53,733 bases of DNA. Origin: Tepidisphaerales bacterium. Lineage in GTDB: Bacteria; Planctomycetota; Phycisphaerae; Tepidisphaerales; Tepidisphaeraceae. The stretch is taken from NCBI GenBank assembly GCA_038223165.1, contig JBBRHE010000001.1:1-53733 (forward strand). Reading direction: 5' to 3'. How positions within the stretch are numbered: the first letter of the stretch is position 1; each line of letters starts with the position of its first letter. Of the stretch, positions 43,793 to 53,326 are shown one piece after another. Under the pieces are notes generated by a model. That model saw nothing but the letters and a program-made list of their open reading frames with translations. It ran no database searches and was not told the DNA's origin. The position numbers and the translations under genes were made by a program.

Positions 43793-46700
43793 CTGCTAGT
43801 CCCTATTCTATCGGCCCAATGTCCGCCGAAACTCCAATGCAACGGGCGGACGTATTGGCTGACTGCACTCTGTCTCGTCGCACTGTTTGCCAGCTTCGCG
43901 CTGCCGGGAGTGGTACGGGCTGAGATCAACGCTGAGACATACGAGGCAGATCTGCGAGCGATCGCGACACCGACGTCGCGCGTGATCGGCTCTGATGGCT
44001 ATGCCGCAACGGTTCGCTATGTTCAGGCGACTCTGGAAGCGCTTGGGGAGGGCGTCGAGGTTCGTCGACACGAATATCCGGTCGTCGTTCCGCAGACATC
44101 GTCGGCGACCCTCGCGATCGCCGGGGGTGCGACGCACGACGTCTACCCCTTTTGGCCGGCCGGGGTGCGACTAAATGGAACGCCCACCGAAGGGATCAGC
44201 GGTCGAGTGGTGTATGTGGGTGACGCGACGCCTGCCGAAATCAAGCCCGCCTCGATCCGTGGGCAAATCGCCGCCATTAACGCGACGGCGGGGCCGCGCT
44301 GGCAGCAGGTCGCGTATTTCGGCGCTAAGGCCATCATCGTTCTGGGGGACGACAAGACGACCAATTTCGACTTACGCTCGCATGACCTGCAACTGCCGGT
44401 CAACATGCCACGTTTCTACGTGCCCGCAGGGGCGTTAGCCGACGCGATCAAGGCCGGGCAGCTTGCTGGGAACGAAAATGCCGCGACGCTCAAATCGGTG
44501 CTGAACTGGCGGCAGGTGTCGGCGGTCAACCTGTACGCCTTTATCAAGCCTCGCATCGATAAGCCCCAAGGCTGGGACAAGCCGGCCAATCCCGCGGCCA
44601 TCACGTTCTCAGTGCCGCTCGAAGCCAGTGGCCTGGTGCCCGACCTCGCCAGTGGTGCCGGGCAAGCCGTGCAGACCGCTGCGGGCCTGGCACTGGCGCG
44701 CACGTTTGCGGCGCAACCGGCCGACCGACCCGTTCTCATTGTCTTCACGGGTGCCGATAGTATTCAACAACTCGGTTCGCGCAACCTGCTTATGGCGCTG
44801 GCCGAGCCACCGGGCAAATGGCAGAGCCTGCTGACGACGATGGAGGTCGACGAAAAGCTCACCGCCGACCACACCACCCGTGTGCAGACACTGATGACGG
44901 CACCCCAGTCAATCGACCCGACGGCCGATCGATTGCTCATCGACCGCCTGCGCAAGCTGATTGAAACCGATACGACAGCCAAGCAGGAGCAACTGTTTCG
45001 CTACCGACTGTTCACCGATGAAGAAAAGCGGGCCGCCGGTGTCGAGGGGACCGTTCGGCAACTGGAAGACGAGAGCATCCGCATCAGTGGTGTTCGCGCG
45101 GCGTTCGAGCACCGACCGGCGGACCTGGTCAAACCCGAGAATCGCCCCCTCGTCGACTACTACCTGCAGAAGCTGATGAATCGCCTGACCGGCGCTGATG
45201 GACAGCGTGGGTTGAAGCAGGACTACGCCGACCGCCGGGCCATTCTGGAACGTCGGATCGAGCTGTACCAATGGCTCGCCAGCCGGCTGAATCGCCCGTC
45301 GGACCCGAGCATTAAGGCCAACAACTCACGTCTGATCGAACTGCTCGTTGCAATTGATTTGTCCGACGCCGGTGTGCGCATGGGGCCGATGTTCTATGGC
45401 TATGCCCAGCGGTCTTCCAACATCAGTCAGATCCAGGAATTTCGCGACTGGTTTGCCCGTCAGCAGAAGTCGTCCGCCGATGGCAGGGGTGGCGATTGGG
45501 TCAGGCAGACCGCAGCCGTCGTCGACCTCGAACCGCTCAACAACTCGCGCTTGCCCCAAAGCTGGCACTCCACGCCAATGCTGATCGGTTCTGAGACCAG
45601 CATGGCCTGGGGGGTGCCCGGGTTGACGATGATGACGCTGGACGACCTGCGCCTGCGCCGCGACACTCCGGCAGATACCTTGGCGAACCTGTCAGTCGAC
45701 AAGGTTCGCAACGTCATCCTCCCTCAACTGGAAGCAATAGAAGCGATCTTCCGTCCCGCACTAGCGGATCCGAAGTTCGTCGGCCAAGTCGAATTGAAGT
45801 GGGACCTCGGTGAGATCCGTGGGCAAGTGGTGGGCCTGGCGTCCGGTCGGCCCGTGCCCGACCTGCCGCGCGAGGGGTTCTACACGACTTACTACTACGC
45901 GAATAATGGCAGCGGGAAGATCCCGTCGCTCAAGTCCCTGCCTTCGGTGCTCGGCATGCGACGAAGCGAACTGCTGAGATGCGACGCCGAGGGACGCTAT
46001 CTCATCGAGGGCATCCCGCGCAACGGTGATCAGAACGGCTTGGCGATCCACGTCTACAAACCCGAGCCCGGTACGGGGCGCATCATCGCGGCGAGCGACC
46101 TGGGCAAAGGTGCCGGTGACATCAAGTGGTTCGCCGACCTGCGGCAGGACAACACGAGAATGCGCAGCGTAGTCTTCGACTGCGCCGAGTTCTCGCTGTT
46201 CGGCCTGTACGACCCGCGCTTCCTGCAGTCGCTCGGTGAGGTCATCCCGCTCGACGCGCGGCGCAACGCTGAGCCCCAGAAGTTCAGCTTCCTGATCCGC
46301 GACCAGATGCTCGCCGGTTTCGTCGAACCGTCGTTGCGCGCGATGTTGCTGTTCCGATACGGGCGCGTTGGCAATCGCCTGATGTTGCTGAACATCGACC
46401 CCACCGCGATGGGCAGTGGCGTGGGTGAAGGGGCGTTGGGTTACACCGTGCCCGAGTTGAACGACCTCGGGCCACTGTCACTGGCGACGGTCGAGGATTT
46501 TGCAAAGCTCGATGCCAAGCGGTTGGCCGACTATCGCAAGGCGGGTGTCAGCAGTGACCTGGTCGACAGTCTGCACGCCGAGTCCGCCGAACGAATTAAG
46601 ACCGCCAAGTCTGCCGTAATCGCCGACGATGGCGCAGGTGTCACGGCCAACGCCAACGGCGCTTGGGCCGACGAGGCCCGCGTTTACCAGGCTGCCCAGG

Positions 46701-48868
46701 ACATGGCGAGCGACGTCGTCCGCGCGGCTATCTTCCTGCTGTTGCTCTGCGTGCCGTTCTCGTTCTGCATGGAACGGCTGGTGATCGCGTCACCCAACAT
46801 CTACAAGCAGATCGCAGGCACGTTCTTCATCTTTATGATCATGACTGCGGCGCTCTGGAGTTTTCACCCGGCGTTTAAGATCAGCTCAAGCCCGCTGGTG
46901 ATCATCCTTTCCTTTGCGATCATTCTCATGTCTGCCGTCGTTATGTGGGTGCTGTATGGGAAGTTTGACACGGAACTGAAGCGCATTCGCAGCGGGCGCG
47001 GGACCAGTGAGGGCGCAAGCTTCGCGCGGGCCAGCGTGCTCATGAGCGCCGTGGTGCTGGGCATCGCGAACATGCGCAAACGTAAGTTTCGCACGGTGCT
47101 GACGAGCATCACGGTCGTGCTGATTACGTTCGCTGTGTTGTGCTTCACCAGCGCCAGCCGGTTCGTCGGCACCAGTGCGTTGCCGGCGGGTGTCGATTCG
47201 TCTCATCCGGGCCTCATGTTGCGCCAGCGCGGCTTCCGGCCGATGCCCACCGTCGTCCTCGACAACCTCGCCGCCGTGCTGGGAAATCAACCGATCGCCC
47301 AGCGATGGTGGAACGTGAACGCGTTCGACCCGAACGAGCAGATCCACATCGTCGCCGGTGGCCTCGACGGCAAGCCACCGCGCGTGTTTGTCGCGCAGGC
47401 GCTGCTGGGAGTCACACCAGCCGAGACGAGCGTGTCGAAGATTGACGAGGTAATCGGCAAGGACAAGTTCGCTCGTCTGCAAAAGGAAAAAGACATCATC
47501 TTCCTCAGCGGTTCGATAGCGGAGCAACTGCTGGTGAAGGAGGGGGACACGGTCAAGATCGGCGGGCTGGACTTGAAGGTCGCTTCCATCTTCGACGCCG
47601 ATGACTTCGACCAGAAGGTCGTCACGCTTAGTGGTGAGTCGCTGGCGCCGTTGAAGTACAGCAGTGGCGCGCTCGACGCGGGTGGCCGAAAGTTGTCCGA
47701 CAGCGCGCTGGAAGACCTCGACGTCAGTGACGACGTCGCTGCGAGCGAGGCATCGGGTGGGGCGTACGAACACCTGTCGTCGACCCGGTTCGCGATCGTG
47801 TCGGCCGAAGTGGCGCAGCAACTGCCGCTAGCGTCACTGCGCAGCGTCGCGCTGCGAGCGAGCGATTTCAAAACGGTCGAGAAACTCAGCGACGAACTTA
47901 CACGGCGCTTCGCCGTTACGACATTCGCGGGGTACGAAGACGGTGTGAAGCTCGTGACCGCCAGCAACCTCGCCAGCGTGAGCGGGGCGGGGCAAGTTGC
48001 GGTGCCGCTGGCGATTGCGGGGCTGATCATCTTCAACACGATGATGGGCTCGATCGCCGAGCGCCGGCGAGAGATTCACGTTTACACCTCGCTTGGGTTG
48101 GCGCCGCTGCACGTTGGGGCGCTTTTCGTTGCAGAGGCGATGACGTATGGCCTGATCGGCACTGTCTTCGGTTACATCATCGGACAGGGGGTCGGCACAG
48201 CCCTGCTGAAGCTTGGTTGGCTCGGTGGTGTGACGCTCAACTACAGTGGCAGCAGCGCGATGCTGACGATGGGGTTGATCCTGCTGATCGTGCTGCTGAG
48301 CGCGCTGGTCCCTGCAAGGCTTGCCAGCAAGATCGCCGCGCCGAGCATCGAGCGAAGTTGGCGTGTGCCACTGCCTAAGGACGATGAAATTCGCGCCGTT
48401 CTCCCCTTCACGATCAACAAAACCGCCGCCGACGGCGCGCTGGCGTATTTAGCGGAGTTCTTCGAGGCGCACCAGGAAGGGAGCATCGGCAAGTTCAGCG
48501 CGGGAAAAGTCGAGACTTTCGTCTTCACCGACGAGCAAGGCCGCACCAGCCGCGGGCTCAAGACCGTCATCTGGCTGACACCGTTCGACCTCGGTGTACG
48601 ACAACATCTCATGCTGATGATCCACCCCGGTGAGTTTCCTGAGATCTACGAGGTCAACGTCTACCTTCAACGCCTCAGTGGCGACGACGGAAGCTGGTAC
48701 CGCATGAACCGCACGTTCCTGACCGAATTGCGCAAACAGTTCCTGTCCTGGCGGTCGCTGTCACCCCAGCGCATGCTGGATTTCGTCGAAGAAAGCAAAC
48801 GCCTGTTTGCCGATGTGCCCGATCGAGTCGTGACGACGTCGGCGGGTGAAGCGGTTAGGTTGGGATAA
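43793..48868 (+). CDS. Giant membrane protein: signal/TM, PA + degenerate M28 peptidase-like + helical domains, beta-rich region, TM bundle, FtsX/MacB-type permease module, cytoplasmic C-terminal domain
   Basis: The frame is open from 43457. The start is uncertain: CTG 43793 has GGAGG 5 nt upstream, and the first in-frame ATG is at 43589. PA-like segment GRVVYVGDATPAEIKPASIRGQIAAINATAG...GAKAIIVLGD. M28-like topology is present without the metal ligands. The FtsX core reads IIFNTMMGSIAERRREIHVYTSLGLAP...AEAMTYGLIGTVFGYIIG, preceded by the RKRKFRTVLTSITVVLITFAV TM helix and a ~230-aa loop. Confidence 0.85.
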   Translation: MLVPILSAQCPPKLQCNGRTYWLTALCLVALFASFALPGVVRAEINAETYEADLRAIATPTSRVIGSDGYAATVRYVQATLEALGEGVEVRRHEYPVVVPQTSSATLAIAGGATHDVYPFWPAGVRLNGTPTEGISGRVVYVGDATPAEIKPASIRGQIAAINATAGPRWQQVAYFGAKAIIVLGDDKTTNFDLRSHDLQLPVNMPRFYVPAGALADAIKAGQLAGNENAATLKSVLNWRQVSAVNLYAFIKPRIDKPQGWDKPANPAAITFSVPLEASGLVPDLASGAGQAVQTAAGLALARTFAAQPADRPVLIVFTGADSIQQLGSRNLLMALAEPPGKWQSLLTTMEVDEKLTADHTTRVQTLMTAPQSIDPTADRLLIDRLRKLIETDTTAKQEQLFRYRLFTDEEKRAAGVEGTVRQLEDESIRISGVRAAFEHRPADLVKPENRPLVDYYLQKLMNRLTGADGQRGLKQDYADRRAILERRIELYQWLASRLNRPSDPSIKANNSRLIELLVAIDLSDAGVRMGPMFYGYAQRSSNISQIQEFRDWFARQQKSSADGRGGDWVRQTAAVVDLEPLNNSRLPQSWHSTPMLIGSETSMAWGVPGLTMMTLDDLRLRRDTPADTLANLSVDKVRNVILPQLEAIEAIFRPALADPKFVGQVELKWDLGEIRGQVVGLASGRPVPDLPREGFYTTYYYANNGSGKIPSLKSLPSVLGMRRSELLRCDAEGRYLIEGIPRNGDQNGLAIHVYKPEPGTGRIIAASDLGKGAGDIKWFADLRQDNTRMRSVVFDCAEFSLFGLYDPRFLQSLGEVIPLDARRNAEPQKFSFLIRDQMLAGFVEPSLRAMLLFRYGRVGNRLMLLNIDPTAMGSGVGEGALGYTVPELNDLGPLSLATVEDFAKLDAKRLADYRKAGVSSDLVDSLHAESAERIKTAKSAVIADDGAGVTANANGAWADEARVYQAAQDMASDVVRAAIFLLLLCVPFSFCMERLVIASPNIYKQIAGTFFIFMIMTAALWSFHPAFKISSSPLVIILSFAIILMSAVVMWVLYGKFDTELKRIRSGRGTSEGASFARASVLMSAVVLGIANMRKRKFRTVLTSITVVLITFAVLCFTSASRFVGTSALPAGVDSSHPGLMLRQRGFRPMPTVVLDNLAAVLGNQPIAQRWWNVNAFDPNEQIHIVAGGLDGKPPRVFVAQALLGVTPAETSVSKIDEVIGKDKFARLQKEKDIIFLSGSIAEQLLVKEGDTVKIGGLDLKVASIFDADDFDQKVVTLSGESLAPLKYSSGALDAGGRKLSDSALEDLDVSDDVAASEASGGAYEHLSSTRFAIVSAEVAQQLPLASLRSVALRASDFKTVEKLSDELTRRFAVTTFAGYEDGVKLVTASNLASVSGAGQVAVPLAIAGLIIFNTMMGSIAERRREIHVYTSLGLAPLHVGALFVAEAMTYGLIGTVFGYIIGQGVGTALLKLGWLGGVTLNYSGSSAMLTMGLILLIVLLSALVPARLASKIAAPSIERSWRVPLPKDDEIRAVLPFTINKTAADGALAYLAEFFEAHQEGSIGKFSAGKVETFVFTDEQGRTSRGLKTVIWLTPFDLGVRQHLMLMIHPGEFPEIYEVNVYLQRLSGDDGSWYRMNRTFLTELRKQFLSWRSLSPQRMLDFVEESKRLFADVPDRVVTTSAGEAVRLG

Positions 48869-48909
48869 AGAATGATGCACCGCACCGACGCCGAGACGCC
48901 GAGAAGAAA

Positions 48910-49015
48910 AAAGTGTGCCTTCCGACAAATTGGCACGAAGGAAACACGAATGAATACGGATGGATTGGGCTTGCCACTTCTCATTTGTGTTCCATTCGTG
49001 CGGATTCGTGGGCAA
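48910..49015. repeat. Imperfect inverted repeats carrying CACGAAT / ATTCGTG motifs
   Basis: cacgaatgaatacggatgg (48945-48963) versus ccattcgtgcggattcgtg (48992-49010); gtgtgccttcc versus gaaggaaacac nearby. Confidence 0.35.
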
Positions 49016-49078
49016 GTTTCCTGACTTCACTTGGTGTACGCGTCTCTGCGGTGAACAACGCATTTTGAGCCTGATTGC

Positions 49079-51082
49079 ATGAAAGAAGATCTCGAACTCA
49101 AACAATTCCGCGAGCTGATGCCCGCCCCTGACCATTGGGAGGAGGGTTTTGGCTACAAGGCCATGATCGGCGCGCTGTTCGTCGGGCTCATCATGACGCC
49201 GGCGAGCATGTACATGTCGCTGGTCGTCGGGCAGGACGTCGGGTCTGCGGCACAGTGGGTGACGATTATCCTGTTTATCGAGGTCGCGCGCCGCTCGTTT
49301 ACGACGCTGCGCCGGCCGGAGATTTACGTCCTCTACTACATGGCCGGGGCGGCGGTCGTGAACGGGTCTGGGTTGTTGTGGAACCAGTTCCTCGTTCAGA
49401 GCGATGCGTTTCGATCGTTTGGAATCGCCGACAAAATCCCCAGTTGGGTTGCGCCGTCAAATCCGGATATTCTTGGTCAGCGGTCGTTCTTCCATTCTGC
49501 GTGGCTGGTACCGATTGGCTTGATGGCGCTCGGCCAGGTTCTACAGCGCGTCGATCACTTCGGGCTCGGGTACGTAATGTACCGGCTTACCAGCGACGTC
49601 GAGAAACTCCCTTTCCCAATGGCCCCCGTCGGCGCTCAAGGCATCACCGCGCTGGCGGATGCATCCGGTGGAAAGGAGACCTGGCGGTGGCGCGTCTTCT
49701 CGTTCGGCTCGATGCTAGGCATGGTCTTCGCCGCCGTCTACCTTGCGCTGCCGGCCGTTACCGGTGCGTTCCTGCCTGAGGGCATCAGCATCTTCCCGAT
49801 CCCGTTTAAGGATCTGACGACGAACACACAGTCGTTCCTGCCCGCCGTGCCGATGATGCTCAGCTTTAACTTGGGCCTTGTGCTTGCGGGCATGGTGTTG
49901 CCGTTCTGGGCGATGGTCGGCGGGTTGGCTGGCTTGATCTTCACGATGGCGATCAACCCCGTCCTCTACCAAACCGGCATCCTCAAGACCTGGGCACCCG
50001 GCACGCCCGCCATCGCGACGATCAACGCGAACTATCTCGATTTTTACCTCTCGTTCGGCCTCGGCTTGACCGGCGCCATCGCGGCGATCGGCTTCTGGCA
50101 CGTCTTCAGTGGCCTGCGTCGCAAAAAGCAGTCGATCGACGAAAGCGGCACTGCGACGATCGAATGGCGTAATCTCTTCAATCCACCGGCCGGGCGCGGG
50201 GACATCTCGCTCTGGATCGGCGTTCTGATTTACGTCGGCTCGATGTGCGTCACGATCGCGCTCGCGTGGTGGTTGCTGGACAAAGCACACCAGAACAACC
50301 CCGCCAACAGCCCCGTCTCGATGACGCTTTTGGCCGTGCTGGCGTTTTACGGTTTTGTCTACACGCCGATCATCAGCTATGTGTCGGCTCGCATGGAGGG
50401 CATCGTCGGCATGACCGTGCAGGTGCCGTTCGTCCGCGAAGCGACATTCATCCTCACTGGCTACCAAGGGGCCGCGATCTGGTTCGCGCCGTTCCCTGCG
50501 TACAACTATGGGGCGCAGACCGTCTACTTCCGCCAGACCGAACTCACCGGCACGAAGATCACCAGCATGATCAAGGCCGAGGCGTTCGTCATGCCGATCG
50601 TGATCGTCGCGACGCTCGTGTTCAGCCAGTTCATCTGGCAGATCGCGCCGGTGCCGAGCAGCGCGTTCCCCTACGCCCAGCAGTTCTGGGAAGTGAACGC
50701 CTACCGCCAGGCGATCATCATGAGCAGCACACTGCCCGGTGGGGAAAACGGTCCGTTCTACGAGGCGTTTAACGTCATTTACCTGGGCGCGGGGCTGCTT
50801 TTGGCGTTGGGAACGTACGCGAGCATGTCGTTCTTTGGCCTGCCGATCCTGTTGGTCTACGGCGTGATCCGCGGGTTGGACCAGAGCACGCCGGACGTCA
50901 TCGTGCCACAGTTCATCGGCGCGTTGCTCGGTCGCTACATCTTCGCCAAGAAGTTCGGCGACATGTGGCCGCAGTACCGCGTGGTGTTCTTTGCGGGCTA
51001 CGGGTGCGGTGTGGGGCTGGTGATGATGTTGAGCCTCGGCTTAGTCTTCATGAGCAAGAGTGTGTTCCAGGCAACCTATTAG
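49079..51082 (+). CDS. Polytopic membrane protein, OPT (oligopeptide transporter)-like
   Basis: 667 aa, almost entirely TM helices. The N-terminal segment SMYMSLVVGQDVGSAAQWVTIILFIEVARR resembles the OPT NxYxxLKxGxxxxASIPAA region, and the C-terminal helix pattern is also OPT-like. Confidence 0.8.
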   Translation: MKEDLELKQFRELMPAPDHWEEGFGYKAMIGALFVGLIMTPASMYMSLVVGQDVGSAAQWVTIILFIEVARRSFTTLRRPEIYVLYYMAGAAVVNGSGLLWNQFLVQSDAFRSFGIADKIPSWVAPSNPDILGQRSFFHSAWLVPIGLMALGQVLQRVDHFGLGYVMYRLTSDVEKLPFPMAPVGAQGITALADASGGKETWRWRVFSFGSMLGMVFAAVYLALPAVTGAFLPEGISIFPIPFKDLTTNTQSFLPAVPMMLSFNLGLVLAGMVLPFWAMVGGLAGLIFTMAINPVLYQTGILKTWAPGTPAIATINANYLDFYLSFGLGLTGAIAAIGFWHVFSGLRRKKQSIDESGTATIEWRNLFNPPAGRGDISLWIGVLIYVGSMCVTIALAWWLLDKAHQNNPANSPVSMTLLAVLAFYGFVYTPIISYVSARMEGIVGMTVQVPFVREATFILTGYQGAAIWFAPFPAYNYGAQTVYFRQTELTGTKITSMIKAEAFVMPIVIVATLVFSQFIWQIAPVPSSAFPYAQQFWEVNAYRQAIIMSSTLPGGENGPFYEAFNVIYLGAGLLLALGTYASMSFFGLPILLVYGVIRGLDQSTPDVIVPQFIGALLGRYIFAKKFGDMWPQYRVVFFAGYGCGVGLVMMLSLGLVFMSKSVFQATY

Positions 51083-51100
51083 GGAGGTTGCCGACATGCG

Positions 51101-53299
51101 ATGGTTGATCTGCGATTGGACGGCACTGTCCTTCGATCGCGAACTGACCCTCCCACGTCGGCAATCGAAAATCTTCGAATGTCCGATCGACCTGAAATCA
51201 TCCCCGCCCGTCGTGCTCTGAATGTGCGCAGCGTCCTGCTCGGACTGCTCGGCGTGCTCTTCATCTGCGGCCTGACGCCGTACAACGACTTTGTCCTGGC
51301 CAACACGTTTCTCGTGGGCAACTTCATGCCGGTCGGGCTGCTGTTGTTTTTCGGCGCTGTGGTGATGCTCGTGAACGCCCCGCTGTGGCGATGGCGTCCA
51401 CGCTGGGCGTTCGGTACCGGCGAGTTAGCGGTGGCGATGGGGATGACGCTCGTCAGCTGCACGTTGCCGAGCAGTGGGTTGATGCGGTACCTGCCGGCGC
51501 ACCTGGCCAACGTCCACTACCATGCAGACGCTAACGTCGATTACGCGCGCGTCGTTGCCGACCTGAATTTGCCCGAGTGGGCGTTCCCGACGTTCGAGGG
51601 GACGTCGACATCCGACATCGCCAAGGACGACGTCGTGAAGTACTACCGCAACCGTATTCCCCTTGGCGAGGAGGGGGCTTGGGGCCGCATCTTCCGCGCG
51701 TGGGTGCGGCCGGCCATCGGGTGGGGCGCGTTGCTCGCGTGCATCTACGGCGCGGTACTGTTCGCGTCGGTCATCGTGCGCAGGCAGTGGGTGGAGAACG
51801 AGCGGCTCGCATTCCCGCTAGCCAGCGTCTATCTATCCCTGATCGAGGCACCGGCACCAGGCCGGTCGTTCAACGCGCTGTTTCGCAACTGGGGGTTCTG
51901 GATCGCGGCAGCGTCGGTCTTTACATTCCACGCGTTTAACGGGCTGCACCGCTACGATGCGGAACACTGGCCAGAGTTGCCGATCAGCTTTGACCTGGGC
52001 AACCTGTTTACCAGCCCACCTTGGTCGTACATGACCTGGGGGTTCAAGTCGCAGACGCTCTACTTCTGTGTGATCGGGTTTGCGTTCTTCATCCAGTCGA
52101 ACGTCGCGTTCAGCCTGTGGTTTTTCTACGCGGTACTCTTGCAGTTGACGGTCGTGCAGTTCGCGGCGTTTGGAGGGGACTTCAACAGTTCGGCACGTCA
52201 AACCGACCTGTGGCTCGGCGCGTTGATCCCCTTCGCGATGACCGTCCTCTGGATTGGTCGCGGACAATGGGCCGTCGTGTGGCGACAGATGATCCGGCGC
52301 GGCCGCGCCGACGACCCGCGCGGGCGCTACCTGCCTTACGCGCTGGCTGGTTGGGGCCTGCTCGCGTGCCTGGCGGGCACGGTCGCGTGGCTGCTGGCGG
52401 TGGGCGTGACGTTTGCGGGCGCGGTCGTCATCGTCGCGATGCTAGGGCTGTTCTACCTCGTGCTGGCGCGCATCGTCGCCGAGACGGGCCTGATCTTCGT
52501 CCAGTTGAGCATCCCGCTCGACCGGCCCTGGGTCTACGCGCTGCAGGACCTGCCAGCTTCGATGGCGACCCGTCCGACCGGGCCGACCAGCTTCTGGAGC
52601 GGGATGATCGGGGGCACGCTCGCCCACGACGTGCGCGAGGCGCTGCCCCCATTCGCGATCCACGCGCTACGCGTGACCGACATGGCCGCGTTCGATGACG
52701 CCAAAGACGACGGTGGTGGACGTGGTGGAAAGACTAGCCGCGGTCACGGGTACGGCGTGTTCGCAACGCTCGTGCTGGCGCTGATCGTCGGGTTCCTCGT
52801 CGCCGGCGCCAGCACGCTCTGGGCCGAGTACTCGTACGGCTCCACGCTCGACCGTCAACCGCAGTCGCCGTTGAATGGTTACGGCGTCAACGCCACACCG
52901 AACAGCCAGATCCTCGGCCCGACGCTTAACTTTCAACCGCCTAACAACGGGCCCAAGGAATCGCACAGCCATCCGTTGTACCTCGCGATCGGCGCGGGGG
53001 TCAGTGGTGCGCTAAGCCTCCTGCGATTGCGTTACCTGAACTGGCCACTGCACCCGATCGGACTGCTGACCTGTTTCAGTTACCCAGCGCAAAGAATCTG
53101 GTTCAGCATCTTTCTCGGATGGCTTGCCAAGGTCATCATCGTGCGGTTCGGTGGCTCGGACATGTTCAAGCGCGCCCGCCCGCTGTTCATCGGCCTGATC
53201 CTGGGTGAAGCGGCGGCCGCGTCGTTCTGGCTTATCGTCAGCATCATCCGCAACTCGATGGGATACTCGTACGAGGCAATCAACCTGCTGCCGGGCTAG
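51101..53299 (+). CDS. Polytopic membrane protein of unknown function (distantly OPT-like C-terminus)
   Basis: 732 aa with many TM helices. GGGAGG overlaps the end of the upstream gene. The C-terminal LAKVIIVRFGGSDMFKRARPLFIGLILGEAAAASFWLIV resembles the last OPT helices. An alternative start is ATG 51179 (MSDRPEII). Confidence 0.8.
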   Translation: MVDLRLDGTVLRSRTDPPTSAIENLRMSDRPEIIPARRALNVRSVLLGLLGVLFICGLTPYNDFVLANTFLVGNFMPVGLLLFFGAVVMLVNAPLWRWRPRWAFGTGELAVAMGMTLVSCTLPSSGLMRYLPAHLANVHYHADANVDYARVVADLNLPEWAFPTFEGTSTSDIAKDDVVKYYRNRIPLGEEGAWGRIFRAWVRPAIGWGALLACIYGAVLFASVIVRRQWVENERLAFPLASVYLSLIEAPAPGRSFNALFRNWGFWIAAASVFTFHAFNGLHRYDAEHWPELPISFDLGNLFTSPPWSYMTWGFKSQTLYFCVIGFAFFIQSNVAFSLWFFYAVLLQLTVVQFAAFGGDFNSSARQTDLWLGALIPFAMTVLWIGRGQWAVVWRQMIRRGRADDPRGRYLPYALAGWGLLACLAGTVAWLLAVGVTFAGAVVIVAMLGLFYLVLARIVAETGLIFVQLSIPLDRPWVYALQDLPASMATRPTGPTSFWSGMIGGTLAHDVREALPPFAIHALRVTDMAAFDDAKDDGGGRGGKTSRGHGYGVFATLVLALIVGFLVAGASTLWAEYSYGSTLDRQPQSPLNGYGVNATPNSQILGPTLNFQPPNNGPKESHSHPLYLAIGAGVSGALSLLRLRYLNWPLHPIGLLTCFSYPAQRIWFSIFLGWLAKVIIVRFGGSDMFKRARPLFIGLILGEAAAASFWLIVSIIRNSMGYSYEAINLLPG

Positions 53300-53326
53300 C
53301 TTCGCGTCACGCGGCAAACGACCTTC

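Noticed and set aside
46886-47821. 311-aa minus-strand ORF inside the giant gene, plus similar shadows at 47287-48039 and 49715-50467
   Set aside because: These are antisense shadows. The plus frames carry FtsX motifs or coherent TM helices.
51096-51242. 48-codon ORF starting at ATG 51096 with ideal SD spacing
   Set aside because: It is out of frame with the long membrane-protein ORF, short, and has no recognisable features. The GGGAGG most likely serves the 51101 start, although the true start of the 732-aa gene (51101 versus 51179) remains uncertain.
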